In this document: positions 25,660 through 40,768 of the stretch, in pieces
Position numbering within the stretch: the stretch's first letter is position 1
How the letters are laid out: every line of letters starts with the position of its first letter
From: the human T2T-CHM13v2.0 reference genome, Homo sapiens
Direction: 5' to 3' (one strand)
DNA: 64,000 nucleotides
NCBI RefSeq assembly: GCF_009914755.1
Contig: NC_060936.1
The notes under the pieces: model-generated
What the model was told of the DNA's origin: nothing
The model's database searches: none
The model's input: the letters and a program-made list of their open reading frames with translations, nothing else
Position numbers and translations under genes: made by a program

Positions 25660-27150
25660 GAAATTTTCAATAAAATGTAATTGTAGTGCAATGAACACTC
25701 ATGTCTCCATCACTTAATTGCAGCAATGTGTTTATACACCCACTTTCTCCCACCAGTTATTACAACAGATTATGTAGAAAAAAAACCCCAAAAACATTTC
25801 ATCTGTAATTATCTCAGCATATCTAAATAAAAGATAGTACATACCTTTATAAACATAACCACAATTTTATACCTAACTAAAAGATAGTACATACCTTTAT
25901 AAACATAACCACAATTTTATACCACACCCTTACCCCAAAATTGGAAGTAATTCATTCATTAATATTAACAAATATCCAATCATTGTTTGCAGCTTTTTAT
26001 TTGTCAAAATTCAATCAAGATATAAGACAATTGTAAAAATGGACTATTTTCATCATACCAAAAAGTCTATGTCTGACTCTTCAAAGTCAAGCTTTCCCTT
26101 TACTTTCCAATACCTGACAACCAACCACTGATCAGTTTTACATTCCTAGTTTTATCTTTTCTATAATGCCACACAAATGAAATCACATAATTGCAGATTT
26201 CAGTCTTACAAATTACTCCACAATCATTTGACCATACATATTGAGTTTATTTATGCATCTGTTGCTGTTTCCATTATCTACTTATCGAGATTTACAGTGA
26301 TCCTCCATTGTCTTCATTATTGTATTGTTACAATAGAGTAAGTTCTTCAAGTATGTTTCTTGTTTTTGAATTTTTTTTACTTTCTTTTTGAGCGGAAGGA
26401 TATGCTTAGTCCTTATTTCCATATTAATTTTAGAACTAGCTTCTCTGGGGACAAACAAAAACAAAAAAAGCCTTTTGGAATTTTTGTATAATTTTGAATA
26501 GGATTGCATTAAATCTACATATCAATTGGGGAAATTGACATCTTAACAATATTAGGTCTTCGAATTCATGAACATCATATGTCTTTCTACTTATTTACAC
26601 TTTTAAAAACTGTTTATCATAAGTATTTTGTAGTTATCAGCTATAAAATACAAGTTTTACACATATTTTCAGCTATATACCTAGATATTTCATATTATTT
26701 GTTGCCACTGTAAGTGATAACTTCCAAAATTTTAATTTCTAATTGTTCTTTAAAAGTGTTAAAAAATACAGATGATTTCTAAAAATCAATTTTTTATGTT
26801 GTGATGTTGCCAAGTACTTAAGTTTTAGTAGCTAATTTTTTAGATTCTTTAGCATTTTCTATGTAGATAATGATGTCCTGAGCAAACAAAGAACATTCTA
26901 TTTCCCTCTTTTCAAGTCTGTAGGAGACAACAATTAAATTTTGTAATAAACTCTTGACCTGATTTCCAAAGTAGTTTTTCCATTTTCCATTCCCACCAGT
27001 AATTCTGAATTCACTAAGTGAAATTATCTTTCAAATGTTGCATATTCTTTTCTAGAAGTTCTTTTTGTTTTTTTTTAATTATATACATCTTCTTTACATT
27101 ATGTTTATGCTTACATGTATTTTTAGTAATAGCTATTTGGAGGATATTTT
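25660..27150 (-). mobile_element. Old L1M/L1ME fragments
   Basis: degenerate antisense L1 3'UTR and ORF2 (ggattgcattaaatctacatatcaattggggaaattgacatcttaacaatatt). Confidence 0.6.
25823..25923. repeat. 50-bp tandem duplication
   Basis: ctaa(a/c)taaaagatagtacatacctttataaacataaccacaattttatac x2, one mismatch. Confidence 0.95.
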
Positions 27151-27569
27151 TTATTTCATTTTTTTCCCCAAGGTTATTTTCTGCCTTCTTTCACTATAGA
27201 TAGCAAAAGTCTAGTTCTGTGCATATGAATGGATGCATCAAGTTTGGAACTGTGAGGATTACTTCTCAGATTCTATCACCAATGGAGCTTCCTGATATTC
27301 TCTGAGCAAGGATAAGAAAAGACCTGGAGACTGCTCAAGCTGAAGTAGAAAAGTGCTCATTTGTCCCTCTAAGTTGGCAGTGTTATCAGGGAAATAATGG
27401 GAATACTATAGAATTTTGCATTTGAATAGAGTTCTGAAAAAATGAGATATCTCAGGTTGACATTTAGTTTCATTTTGTGATTCTTTAAAATAAAAGTATG
27501 AACACCTTGTTTTTCAAAACTGATTATTTACAAAATATATTAGGACAAAGGAGGAAAATAATGTTGCCA

Positions 27570-27775
27570 AGTGGATAAGAGTGTGGTCTCTGAGAGAAAA
27601 TTGGTTTGAAACCAGGCTTGCCTGTTTACCAATTAGTTATGTGGTTTTGGGCTAATTATTAACTTCTCTGTGTTTTGGATTTCTTATCTATACATTAAAA
27701 ATAGGATTTTTTTCATAATTTTGATAAAATAATACCAACAAGCATTCGAAATTGCCTGCCTTATAAATGTTTTGT
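27570..27775 (+). mobile_element. MIR SINE
   Basis: gtggataagagtgtggtctct...ttgggctaattattaacttctctgtg. Confidence 0.7.
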
Positions 27776-30701
27776 TGTGTTTTTTTCAAGTAGCATAGAG
27801 GTATGCCTCACATAGCAACATATGAACAGAGTGGCTGGCCTGGGCACAACTAACTCCTGTGAAAAACAGAAATTTTTCATGGACATTGATCATCGATAAC
27901 GGAGCCTCAAATAACAGAAACCTTCAGCAAGAGGCTTTTCTCTCTATTTCCTGGGCTTTCCTTATCACCAAGGGCCAACAAACCCTTTATAAACCTTCAG
28001 TGGACAGGAAGCCCAAGAATTACAGGCTGAAGCAGGAAGTTTGGTTCTTCCAGGAACGATCTTTAAGCATTTTTTTTCTCACCATCCTCACAAATATGAA
28101 CTGGCCACAGTCCGGGTATCAGATTAGTTCACTGATGAGGGCTGAGCTGATGGTTAGTACTGTGGAAAATGGAGAAGAGGAAGGTTAAGGAGTCACCATG
28201 TACTGGCAAGGTAGTGGACTTGGTGTAGTTGGAAACTCACTTGAAGACAGTGCAAGATTTTATTCAATTTTACTTTTTTAAAAATTTTGCATTAGTAAAG
28301 TAATAATTCTTTTTCTCCTAAATAAAATATCAAATTAGATTTTTGAAATAATGCTTGTTTTTTTTCCCTCTTTTATCACCCTATTTTGAAGATCTTGTTT
28401 GCTAATAACATCCCTGTGATGTTTCTGAGGCTAGTCCTAATTACTGAGTTTTCTCTTAATTATAGGTCACCTATTGGTGCTTCTTTATATGTTTAGTAAT
28501 TTTTGATTAAGTGCTAAGCATTATGTGTTACATTTTTGAATGTTTGACTTTGCTCTCGTCTTTTAAAAAGTGTTAATTTTTGATATGCTGTTGAATTCTT
28601 TAAATTCAAACAATAGCATTTTTAAGCTTAATTGTGGGAGTGTAGCATATTTATTATTCTAAGGCTAGCTTATGTCTTTTAATAAAGTGTTATCTTTCTG
28701 GTCTTTCTACTGAATGTCAGATATTCAACAAGGTATCTCCACTCTGTCTAGTGAAATGCAAATATTTCTCAGACATGGGTAAGCTCCTGTAACTGTTCAA
28801 CTTAAAGCTTTTTCTGCAATTTTTCTTTGCCTAACCTTGTAGTCTCACTTTATAACTATACAGATTAGTATTCAGTCAAAGACTCTAGGGTACCACTATG
28901 CAGATATTTGAGAATATTTATCTGCATAGATCTTTATTCATAAATAATCAGTCTTGAAATGTATCTGCCTCAGCTTCTCTGACTTCCTATCTGTCTTCCC
29001 ATCTCACTGAAGAAACTCAGTGAGTCACCTGGATTCTACCATCATTCCTCTACCCCATGTTGAAGAAATTGCAATGCTATATCTATGTAAACAACCATAG
29101 TAAATGTGTACTTAGTAAATTGAAGTCATTCTTTCACAGGGATTACATAAAAATCTTGTTAGAGGAAATATTTTCTAAGAAAGTGAAGTATGGCTTTTAA
29201 ATGCTATATTTGTCTGAATCAGTTAATGCCTAAGATTACTTTTGTTTTTTTGCTTCTCATTATAATTTAAACTTCTTATATGACTTGCATACATTCATAT
29301 ATAAAACAATAAGAAGTATGCAAACTAAAATATGTGATAATAGACATTGCCAGGGTATTTTGTTTGATTTTTAAATTATTCTTTTAAAAATAACCCTTCA
29401 TGTTTTAGACAATTTTTGCCTTTCATTATTGCATTTATTTCATATGAATTTTTATTCTAAGTAACTATTGAATGCAATAATGAAAGTATTATTGAATGTA
29501 TAAATCACCAATGAATCTGTAAATATAAAGAGACAAATTCATCTAAATAATAAATGAAGAACAGTTTCTACTAATTTGAAATCTGAGAGGAGTACTTATT
29601 ACCAGAATAACTGTTATCAGTAATCTAACATATCTCCAAAATATGAAGACAGATGAAAAGCTAATGGTCAGTTAGTTAAAAAGGAAGCAAAACACTAATT
29701 AATCCTTTTGGAATCACTAAAAGAAAAGCAAATCAGGTTAATTTTGGATTATATATATAGTTTCAATTTCAAAAAGTCTAGATAAAAAGATAAATCTTGA
29801 CAGTGTCCCCAGTACTTAGTTTAAAAAACGTTTTTTCTTTGATAACATTTCAAAACTAATTATAAAAAGACATTAAATTTATAAAGATTCAAGGCCATGA
29901 CTATATACTTGAAGATGGAACCATGCAAATGACAATCAATTTTATAGTCCAGTTGGTGTCTGAATTATTTGGATCTGCATCATTTCATCTTGCTAACAGA
30001 AGACTTAGCCACAGATTGAAGCAATTTTCCAAGCTGTAATTTGTTGCTGTCATTTTCAATTAACTTACTACCATGTTGATAACTATTTAAACTGGCCATG
30101 GAAGAAAAACAAATGAATGCTTCTACATTTCTCAGCCATCTTCCATCTATAGGAGTGTATGTGACTAACTATAGCCAATGATTGGATTGCTGATTGAAAT
30201 GTCATATACTTCCATATCTTGCTTCCTCAAATATCCTGTGACATACTGTAATTCACATTCATTTCATAAGCAAATGCAGAGAAACCAGCAGAACAACTTA
30301 ATAATCTACAGGATGGAAGGAGCATAGGTTTCTGAATCGCCACTTGGAATCTGGCTGCCAACATTAAATTAGACTGACCTATGAATGAGAAATATCTCTG
30401 TCAACTTTAAGGCTGTCTGTGTCAACACTGGCCTGCTTTGATACCATGAAAAGAGATCTACTATTTTAGATGATAAAAGTTTCAAATTTCAAATATAATG
30501 AATCACTGGGAAAATGCAAAAAAAGAGCTTTTAAGTTTTACATCAGTTAAATAGCTATTGCATATTTTACCTAATGTTTGCTTCAATGTTGAGAATAAAA
30601 TAAGAACAAGAAAGGGTAGCATAGCTAAAGAAGTGAATAAAACACATGTCTTAAGAGAAAATCCAAATGAATAGAATAATTTCACCTATGAAGAGAAGAC
30701 A

Positions 30702-31012
30702 GGCTGGTGCGGTGGCTCACACCTGTATTTCCACACTTCAGGAGGCTGAGGTGGGAAGGAAATCTTGAGCCCAGTAGTTTGGGACAATCCTGGGCAATAC
30801 AGGGATACCTCATCTCTACAAAAGATAAAAAGCCAGGCATGGTTGTGCATGCCTGTGTTTCCAGCTACTCAGGAGGCTGAGGTGGAATGATCACTTGAGA
30901 GCTCAGGAGGTCAAGGCTGCAGTGAGCTGTGATCCCGCTATTGCATTTCAGCCTGGGTGACAGAGGAAGACCCTTTCTAAAATAAATAAATAAATAAATA
31001 AACAAACAAATA
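30702..31012 (+). mobile_element. AluJ
   Basis: cttgagcccag and aggtcaaggctgcagtgagctgtgat J-type diagnostics; (TAAA)n tail. Confidence 0.92.
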
Positions 31013-31519
31013 AGAAGGAAAACGAAAAAAAGAAAAGGGAATAAGAAAGAAAAGAACACATTTTTTTTCCCTTCAAGTGTACACTGGGTTAAACCATCAG
31101 AGCATTAACAATAATAAAAACTTCCTTAGCATAGAAAAACTGATAAAATATTTAAAAAATTATGCAGCCAAAATATGACTAATATACAAATCCAGATTTA
31201 AGACAACACAATTTCACATGCCTTGAAAGCAGTCGACAAGCATGGTAAATTTAGGATTTGGTTGAGGAATTAGAAGAAAATGTCCAGGGTTTGCTTAAGG
31301 TAGAAAATGGAAAGAAGAAAGCTAAAAATGAATGAACCAAAACATGGAAAAAGAATAAACTCTAGGAGAGTAGGTGACTGGAAATGTTAAAAATAAGAAG
31401 TAAAATTAAGGAAATAAAAAACAAATAAAATGGAATCAACAAAGTCCAATTAATTCATGGTGGGGATAGGGGGCAGAACCTTTAGTGGGAATGACAACTT
31501 TAGGTGAGATTTAATAAGT

Positions 31520-32002
31520 TAATACATGATATTAAACAAATCTATAGTAATAAATTTGAAAGTTTACATAAAATAGACGTCATTAGAAGAACAAGTTGGG
31601 TACTGACAAGGGAAAACTATAAATTGTAAATAATTCTATAATTGAATTAAATCAATGGTCAAAAATTTTCTTTGAAGAAAATTCTAATCTCACATGGCAC
31701 CAGTAGTGATTTTATACTTCTAAAAACATATTATTCCAGTCTTACACCAATTGGCTCTAGGAAACAGAAAAAGAAGGTACATACACACCGATTGTATTTT
31801 TAAGATGTACATGACCTTGATATCAAAACCAAATAGAGATAGTACATGAAAATAAATTGACATATAAATTTAACCCATGGGCGTAGATGAAAAATGCAAG
31901 CCTAAATATTACCATACCAAACTCAACAGTGAATACAAAAGGTATTATAACCCACAGAGATGGGTATATTTTAGGGATATGAGTTTATTTAAAATTAGTA
32001 AA
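31520..32002 (+). mobile_element. Old L1M ORF2 fragment (continues at ~36486-36560)
   Basis: degenerate ORF2 (accttgatatcaaaaccaaatagag); resumes after the younger L1 as taaataacgtaatctatcatgttaa...cacctcattacatatagaaaaa. Confidence 0.7.
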
Positions 32003-34496
32003 CTGCAAACATGGATCGTCTGACTTTCTCTCTTTCTATTTGGATGCCCTTTATTTCTTTCTCTTGCCTGATTGCTCTGGCCAGGACTTCCAGTACTATT
32101 TTGAAAGACATCCTTGTCTTGTGCCAATTTTCAAGGGAAACGCTCCCAGTTTTTGCCCATTTGGTATGATGTTTGCTGTGGGTTTGTCATAGAGGGCTCT
32201 TATTATTTTGAGGTGTGTTCCTTCATTACCTAGTTTGTTGAGAGTTTTTAACATGAAGGGATGCTGAATTTTATCAAAAGCTTATTCTGCATCTTTTAAG
32301 ATAATCATGTGGTTTTTTCTTTAGTTCTGTATATATGATGATTCACATTTATTAATTTGCATATGTTGCATCAGTCTTGCATCTCAGAGAGAAAGGCTAC
32401 TTAATTGTGCACAGATTACCTTTTTGATGTGCTGCTGGATTCACTTTGCTAGTATTTTTTGTTTGTTTGTTTTTTCTTGACACGGAACTTTGCTCTGTCG
32501 CCCAGGCTGGAGTGCAATGGAGTGATCTCGGCTCACTGCAACCTCTACCCCACCGGGTTCTAGCAATTCTCGTGCTTCTGCCTCCTCAATAGCTGGGATT
32601 ACAGGCACACACCACCACACCCAACTAATTTTTTTTTTATTTTTAGTAGAGATGGGGTTTCACCATGTTGTCCAGGGTGGTCTTGAACTACTGACCTCAG
32701 GTGATCCAACTGCCTTGGCCTCCCAAAGTGCTGAGATTACAAGGGTGAGCCACCTCACCCGGCCCACTTTGCTAGTGGCTGGGTGCAAAAAAAAAAAAAC
32801 ATATTTTTGCATCAATGTTCACCAAGGATATTGGCCTGAAGTTTTCTTTTTTTGTGGTATTTCTGCCAGGTTTTGGTATCAGGGTGATGCTGGTCTCATA
32901 AAATGAGTTGGGGAAAAGTGCCTCCTCTTCAATTTTTTTGGAATAGTTTCAGTAGGAATGATGTCAACTCCTCATATATCTGGAAGAATTCAGCTGTGAA
33001 TCTGTCTGGTTCTGGGCTTTTTTGGCTGGTGGGCTATTTATTATTGATTCAATTTGGGGGTCGATATTGGTCTGTTCAGGGATTCAATTCCTTCCTGGTT
33101 CAGTCTTGGGAGGGTATAGGTGTCCAGAAATTTATCCATTTCTTCTAGATTTTCTAGTTATTGTGGGTATAGGTATTCATAGTACTTTCTGAAGGCTATT
33201 TGTATTTCTGTGGGGTCAGTGGTAATATTCCCTTTGTCATTTCTAGTTGTGTTTATTTGAATCTTCTCTCTTTTATTCTTTATTAGTCTAGCTAGTGGTC
33301 TATCTATCTTATTATTTTTTTTCAAAAAGCCAGCTCCTAGTTTCATTAATCTTTGAAATTTTTTTTTTATGTCTCAATCTCTTTCAGTTCAGATCTGATT
33401 TTGGTTATTTATTGTCTTCTGCTTGCTTTGGGGTTGGTTTTCCCTTGCTTCTCTAGTTCTTTTAGTTGTGATGTTAGGTTGTTAATGAGATCTTTCTAGC
33501 TTTTTGATGTGAGTGTTTAGTGCTATAAATTTCCCTCTTAACACTGCTTTAGATGTGTCCCAAAGATTCCAGTATGTTGTATCTTTGTCCTCATTAGTTT
33601 CAAAGAACTTCTTGATTTCTGCCTTAATTTTATTATTTACCCAAATGCCATTCAGGGGCAGGTTGATTGATTTCCATTTAATTGTGTGGTTTTGAGTGAT
33701 GTTCTGAGTCTTGAATATATTTTTAATTGTGCTGTGGTTGGAGAGAGTGGTTGGTGTCATTTTGGTTCTTTTGCGTATGCTAACAGTTGTTTTATGTCTG
33801 GTTGTGTGGATGATTTTACAGTATGTGCCATGTGGTATGAGAAGAATGTATGTTCCGTTGGTTTTGTGGGGGAGAGTTCTGTAGATGTCTATCAGGTGTA
33901 TTTGGTCCAGTTTTGAGTTTAGGTCCTGAATATCTTTGTTAATTTTCTCTCTTGACAATCTGTCTAATACTATCAGTGAGATGTTGAAGTCTGCCACTAT
34001 TATTGTGTGGGAGCCTAAGTTTCTTTGAAGGTTTCCAGGAACTTGCTCTATGAATCTGGGTGCTTTTGTGTTAAGTGCATATACATTTAAGATAGTTAAG
34101 TCTTGTTGAACTGAACTCCTTTGTACTATATAATGAACTTCTTGTCTTTTTTTGATCTTTGTTGATTTAAAATCTGTTTTGTCTGAAATTAGGATTGTAG
34201 CCCATGCTTTTTTTCTGTTTTCCATTTGCTTAGTAGATGTTTCTCCATCCCTTTATTTTGAAATTATGAGTGCCATTTCATGAGAGACAGATCTCTTGAA
34301 CACGGTATACCATTGGGTATTCCTCCATTATCCACCTTGCTACTCTGTGCTTTTTAATTGTGGCATTTATCCCATATACATTTAAGGTTACTTTTGACAT
34401 GTGTTAATTTGAACCTGTCATCATGTTGTTAGCTGTTTATTATACTGACTTGTTTGTGTGGTTGCTTTATTGTATCACTGGTCTGTGTACTTAAGT
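32003..34496 (-). mobile_element. Inverted 5' segment of an L1PA13-16-like element (ORF1 end, EN domain, RT N-terminal part)
   Basis: ORF 33482-34225 (-) gives L1 endonuclease peptide [10 protein letters not shown]...[11 protein letters not shown]...; ORF 33158-33346 continues ORF2. Confidence 0.93.
32455..32764 (-). mobile_element. AluS (Sq/Sx-like) inserted in the inverted L1 segment
   Basis: antisense Alu body; TSD cactttgctagt at 32442-32453 and 32765-32776. Confidence 0.95.
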
Positions 34497-36472
34497 CAAA
34501 CTATCCCTGTTTGCAGACCACATGATTCTATATCTAGAAAACACCAAAGTCTGGGCCCAAAAGTTCCTAAAATTGATCAACAATTTCAGCAAAGTTTCAG
34601 GATACAAAAATCAATGTACAAAAATCATTAGCATTTCCATACACCAGCAATACCCAAACCAAGAGCCAAATCAGGAGTGCAATCCCATTTACAGTTGCCA
34701 CAAAAAAAATAAAATACCTAAGAATACAGTTGACCAGGTAGTCAAATATCTCTACAATAAGAATTACAAAACCCTATTCAAAAAAATCAGACGTGACACA
34801 AACAAATGAACAAACATTCCATAGTCATGGATAGGAAGAATCAATGTGGCTAAAACGGCCATACTGCCCAAAACAATTTACCGATTCAAAACTGTTTTTA
34901 TCAAACTACCAATGACGTTTTTCACAGAACTAGAAAAACTATTTTAAAATTAATATGGAACCAAAGAAGATCCTGAATAGCCAAGGCATTCCTAAACAAA
35001 AAGAACAAAACTGGAGGCGTCACACTACCCAACTTCAAACTATACTACGGTTCTATAATAACCAAAACAGAATGGTATTGGTGCAAAAACAGACACACAG
35101 ACCAACGGAACAAAATAGAGAGCACAGATATAAGGCTGCACGCCTACAACCACCTGATTTTCGGTGAAGCTGACAGAAACGAGCAATGGAGAAAGGAGTC
35201 TCTATTCAATAAATGGGGCTGGAGTAACTGGCTAGCCATATGCAGAAGATTGAAACTGGACCCATTCCTTACAGCATACACAAAACTTTACTCAAGATGG
35301 ATAAATACTTAAATGTAAAACTGAAAGGATAAAAATCTTGGAAGACAAACTAGGCAATGTCATTCTGGACATAGCAACTGAAAAAGATTTCATGGCAAAG
35401 ATCCCAAAAGCAACGCAGCACAATCAAAAATTGACAAATGGGATCTAATTAAAGAGCTTCTACACAGCAAAAGAAACTATCAACAGAGCAAACAATCTAC
35501 AGACTGGAAGAAAATACTTGCAAACTATGCATCTGACAAAGGTCTAATATCCAGCATCTATAAGGAAGTTAAACAAGTTTACAAGCAAAAAAGAAATAAC
35601 CACATTGAAAAGTGGGCAAAGGACATGAACAGACAATTTTCAAAAGAAGACATACATGTGGTCAGCAAGCACATAAAAAAAAGTTCAACATTACTGATCA
35701 TTAGAGAAATGTGAATCAAAAACCACAATGCAATACCATTTCACACCAGTCAGAATGGCTACTATTAAAAATTCAAAAAAATATCAGATACTGGTGAGGG
35801 TGTAGAAAAAAGGAAACAATATATACTGCTGGTGGGAGTGCAAATAAGTTCAATTATTGTGGAAAGAAGAGCAAAGATTCCTCACAGAGCTAAAAACCGA
35901 ACTACCATTTGACCCAGCCATCCCATTACTAGTCATATACCCAAAGGTATATAAATCATTCTACCCTAAAGGTTCATGCACCTGCATGTTCACTGCAGCA
36001 CTATTCATAACAGCAAAGACATGAAATCAACCTAAAAGCCCATCAGTGGTAGACTGGGTAAAGAAAATGTGGTACATATACACCATGGAATATTATGCAG
36101 CCTTAAAGAAGAATAAGATCATGTCATTTGCAGGGACATGAATGTAACTGGAGGCCACTATCCTAAGCAAACTAAATCAGGAATAGAAAACTAAATACTC
36201 CATGTTCTCACTTACAAGTGAGAGCTAAATGATGAGAACACATGGACACAAAGAGAAGAACAACAGACACTGGGGTCTACCTGAGGAATGGGGGGGTGGG
36301 AGGAGGGAGAGGATCAGAAAAAATAACTATTGGCTTATAGTTAGGCTTAGTACCTGGGTGACAAAAATAATCTGTACAAGAAGCACCTGTGACATGAGTT
36401 TACCTCTACAGCAAACCTGTGCATGTACCCCAAACCTGAAAGAAAAGTTTAAAAAAACAGAAAAATAAAAAA
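34493..36472 (+). mobile_element. Forward 3' segment of the same L1PA element (RT from the FADD motif to poly-A)
   Basis: starts LSLFADHMILYLEN; 3'UTR gggaggagggagaggatcagaaaaaataact; TSD taaaattagtaaa (31990-32002) / taaaataagtaaa (36473-36485) brackets both segments. Confidence 0.93.
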
Positions 36473-36818
36473 TAAAATAAGTAAATAAATAACGTAATCT
36501 ATCATGTTAAAATAAAAATAAATAAAATATGTCACCTCATTACATATAGAAAAATAGTATTATGTATTGTGCTTGTAAATGATTTGGGGCATATACATTT
36601 GATTCTGTTGAGTATATACCTAGCAATCAAATTTCTTGATCAAAGGGTAAATATATCATCAACTTTTAGGAAATACTGCCAAATAGGAAATGTCTTCTTC
36701 CGGTCTGGATACTGTCTTAATTTTAGGAAGAGATTGAGGAACAGAGTTTGTAATTTTGTATTTTCCAATTGATTAATCTTTTTCTTTGTGAAAAAAACTT
36801 AGTTTTTAAAAAGGTAAT

Positions 36819-36844
36819 CTCCCTCCCTCCTTTCTTTCTTTTTC

Positions 36845-36904
<60 letters not shown>

Positions 36905-37060
36905 TCCTTCCTTCCTTCCTTCCTTCCTTTCTTTCTTTCTTGCTTGCTTGCTTTCCTTCCTCTTTCTTTCTTTCTTTCTTTCGTTCTCCCTCCATCCCTC
37001 CCTCCCTTCCTTCCTTCCTTCCTTCCTTTGTTCTCTCCTGCCTCCTTCCCCGCCTCTTAC
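36819..37060. repeat. Complex (TTTC)n/(TTCC)n/(CCCT)n polypyrimidine tract
   Basis: direct read. Confidence 0.96.
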
Positions 37061-37414
37061 CTTTTTGTTTCTGTCTTTCTTTAGAGAGTGTAAATATGTA
37101 TTATTATCTTCCAAGGTGAATTAGAATTGTTGCATTTTCCTTTACAAATAAACATCTACAAAACAGAACTTCCATTCTATTGAACAGAAATATTCTAATT
37201 GCTGAGAAACTGTTTAAAGGAAGGAAAATCACAGACAGCAAGAAAGAAAACAATTGTTTAACAAATGAAGAAACTCTTAGCAGAGAAATTAAGGGGAAAT
37301 AGGATTTGGAATGATCAGTTTAACAGTTTTTAACCATAGCTTATGTGAAATGTGAAAATAACAAGCCTTCTGTTATGCAGAGAGATTAGGCAACCAGATG
37401 ACACAATTTAACAT

Positions 37415-37700
37415 CGTGCTTAAGAGTATGGTTTTAAGAGTTAGAATACTTGAAGACAAAACTAGGGTCTTACATGTATTCACCAAGTGACCTTGGAAAA
37501 TTTTCTAAAATTCTTTGTGACTTCGTTTTTTCATATGTACAATGAGGACAATAATGCTATATTGATACAATAACCCATATCATGACTAATAAAGATAAGT
37601 AACCTATATCTTAGGTTACTTACAGGGATTTCATGATTAATGCATGTAAACTACATAGAACAATGCCTGGAAAATATGAGTATTTAATAAATGTGATTTC
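37415..37700 (+). mobile_element. MIR SINE
   Basis: gtgaccttggaaaatt...aatgaggacaataatg...atagaacaatgcctgg...aataaatg. Confidence 0.75.
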
Positions 37701-38542
37701 AACCAAACCTGATATTTGCCTATCATTATTCCTCACACTCTAGCTCTTTCAAAATTCTCCGGCGCTGTCCATTCCTCCCAGCAACACATCTTGAGAAATT
37801 AGACTAGTCTTCTAAACTTTTTATATTCATTGTCCTGAAACCTTATAAATTCCCCCTTAACAATAGTTTTGGGAAGGTTCCATTGCAGACTCCATTTAAA
37901 ACACCTGATCACTCACTTTCATTAATCCACGGATTTTGACTGCATTACTCATCATTATTCTTATTTTCTCCCTTTATATGTTTGCTTAACACTACTTGTT
38001 CCATAATATGTGGGTTTCCTTACACTTAGAATGTTTTCCTACTTTCTAGCAATCAGAAGTCTATACTTTCTTTCAAGTATTACTCTTCAGGAACACTTCG
38101 TCAGCTAATTCTACCTCTTACCAATCCATTATTTTGTTAATAATAATGTGAAGCGCTTACAATGCACTATCACATATTTTTATCAGACTTTGTTATGTAT
38201 TCTGTCACACTAACTATGGCTATAATATCCTTATGAGCAAGAACACTACATGTCTGTAAGCCTCATAATAGTCATGATAGTAATTATCAGAGCACTGTAG
38301 TTATACTCTGTACCTGGTGAGAAATCAGAAGCAACATGAATCAGTCTGTCAGAAATATTTAATCATGTTGATGGTAGCCCTTCACAAGTAAATATTGTGA
38401 TAAAATTTATCCCATGATAAAAATTATTATGCTATCAGACTATCACACTTTGTTTAGGAGCCATTATCTACTCTATTTGCCATCATCTGTGTCCTAATAC
38501 CAAATATTATTTAGAAGTTGTAGCTTCTTCAACTTCCAGTCA

Positions 38543-40411
<1,869 letters not shown>

Positions 40412-40768
40412 TGATGTGGTTTGTCTCTTTGTCCCCACCTAAATCTCATCTTGTAGCTCCCATAATTCCCATGTGTTGTGGGAGGGGCCTGGTGGGAGAT
40501 GACTGAATTTTATGGGCAGGTCTTTCCCATGCTGTTCTTGGGATAGTGAATGGGTCTCATGAGATCTGACGGTTTTAAAAACAAGGGTTTCTCTGCACAA
40601 GCTTCTCTCTCTTTTGTGGCCACCATGTAATAAGTGCTTTTCACCTTCTGCCATGATTGTGAGGCCTCCCCAGCCACGTGGAACTGTGAGTCCAACAAAC
40701 TTCTTTCTTTTGTAAATTGCCCAGTCTTGGGTATGTCCTAATCAGCAGTGTGAAAACAGACCAATATA
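40412..40768 (+). mobile_element. THE1B 3' LTR
   Basis: tgatgtggtttg...tagctcccataattcccatgtgttgtgggagg...cagcagtgtgaaaacagaccaatata. Confidence 0.92.

Noticed and set aside
33482-34225. 247-aa ORF as a protein-coding gene
   Set aside because: Frameshifted L1 ORF2 endonuclease remnant within the inverted L1 segment
36723-37119. K/E/R-rich and F/L/S-rich ORFs
   Set aside because: Translations of the (TTTC)n/(TTCC)n microsatellite
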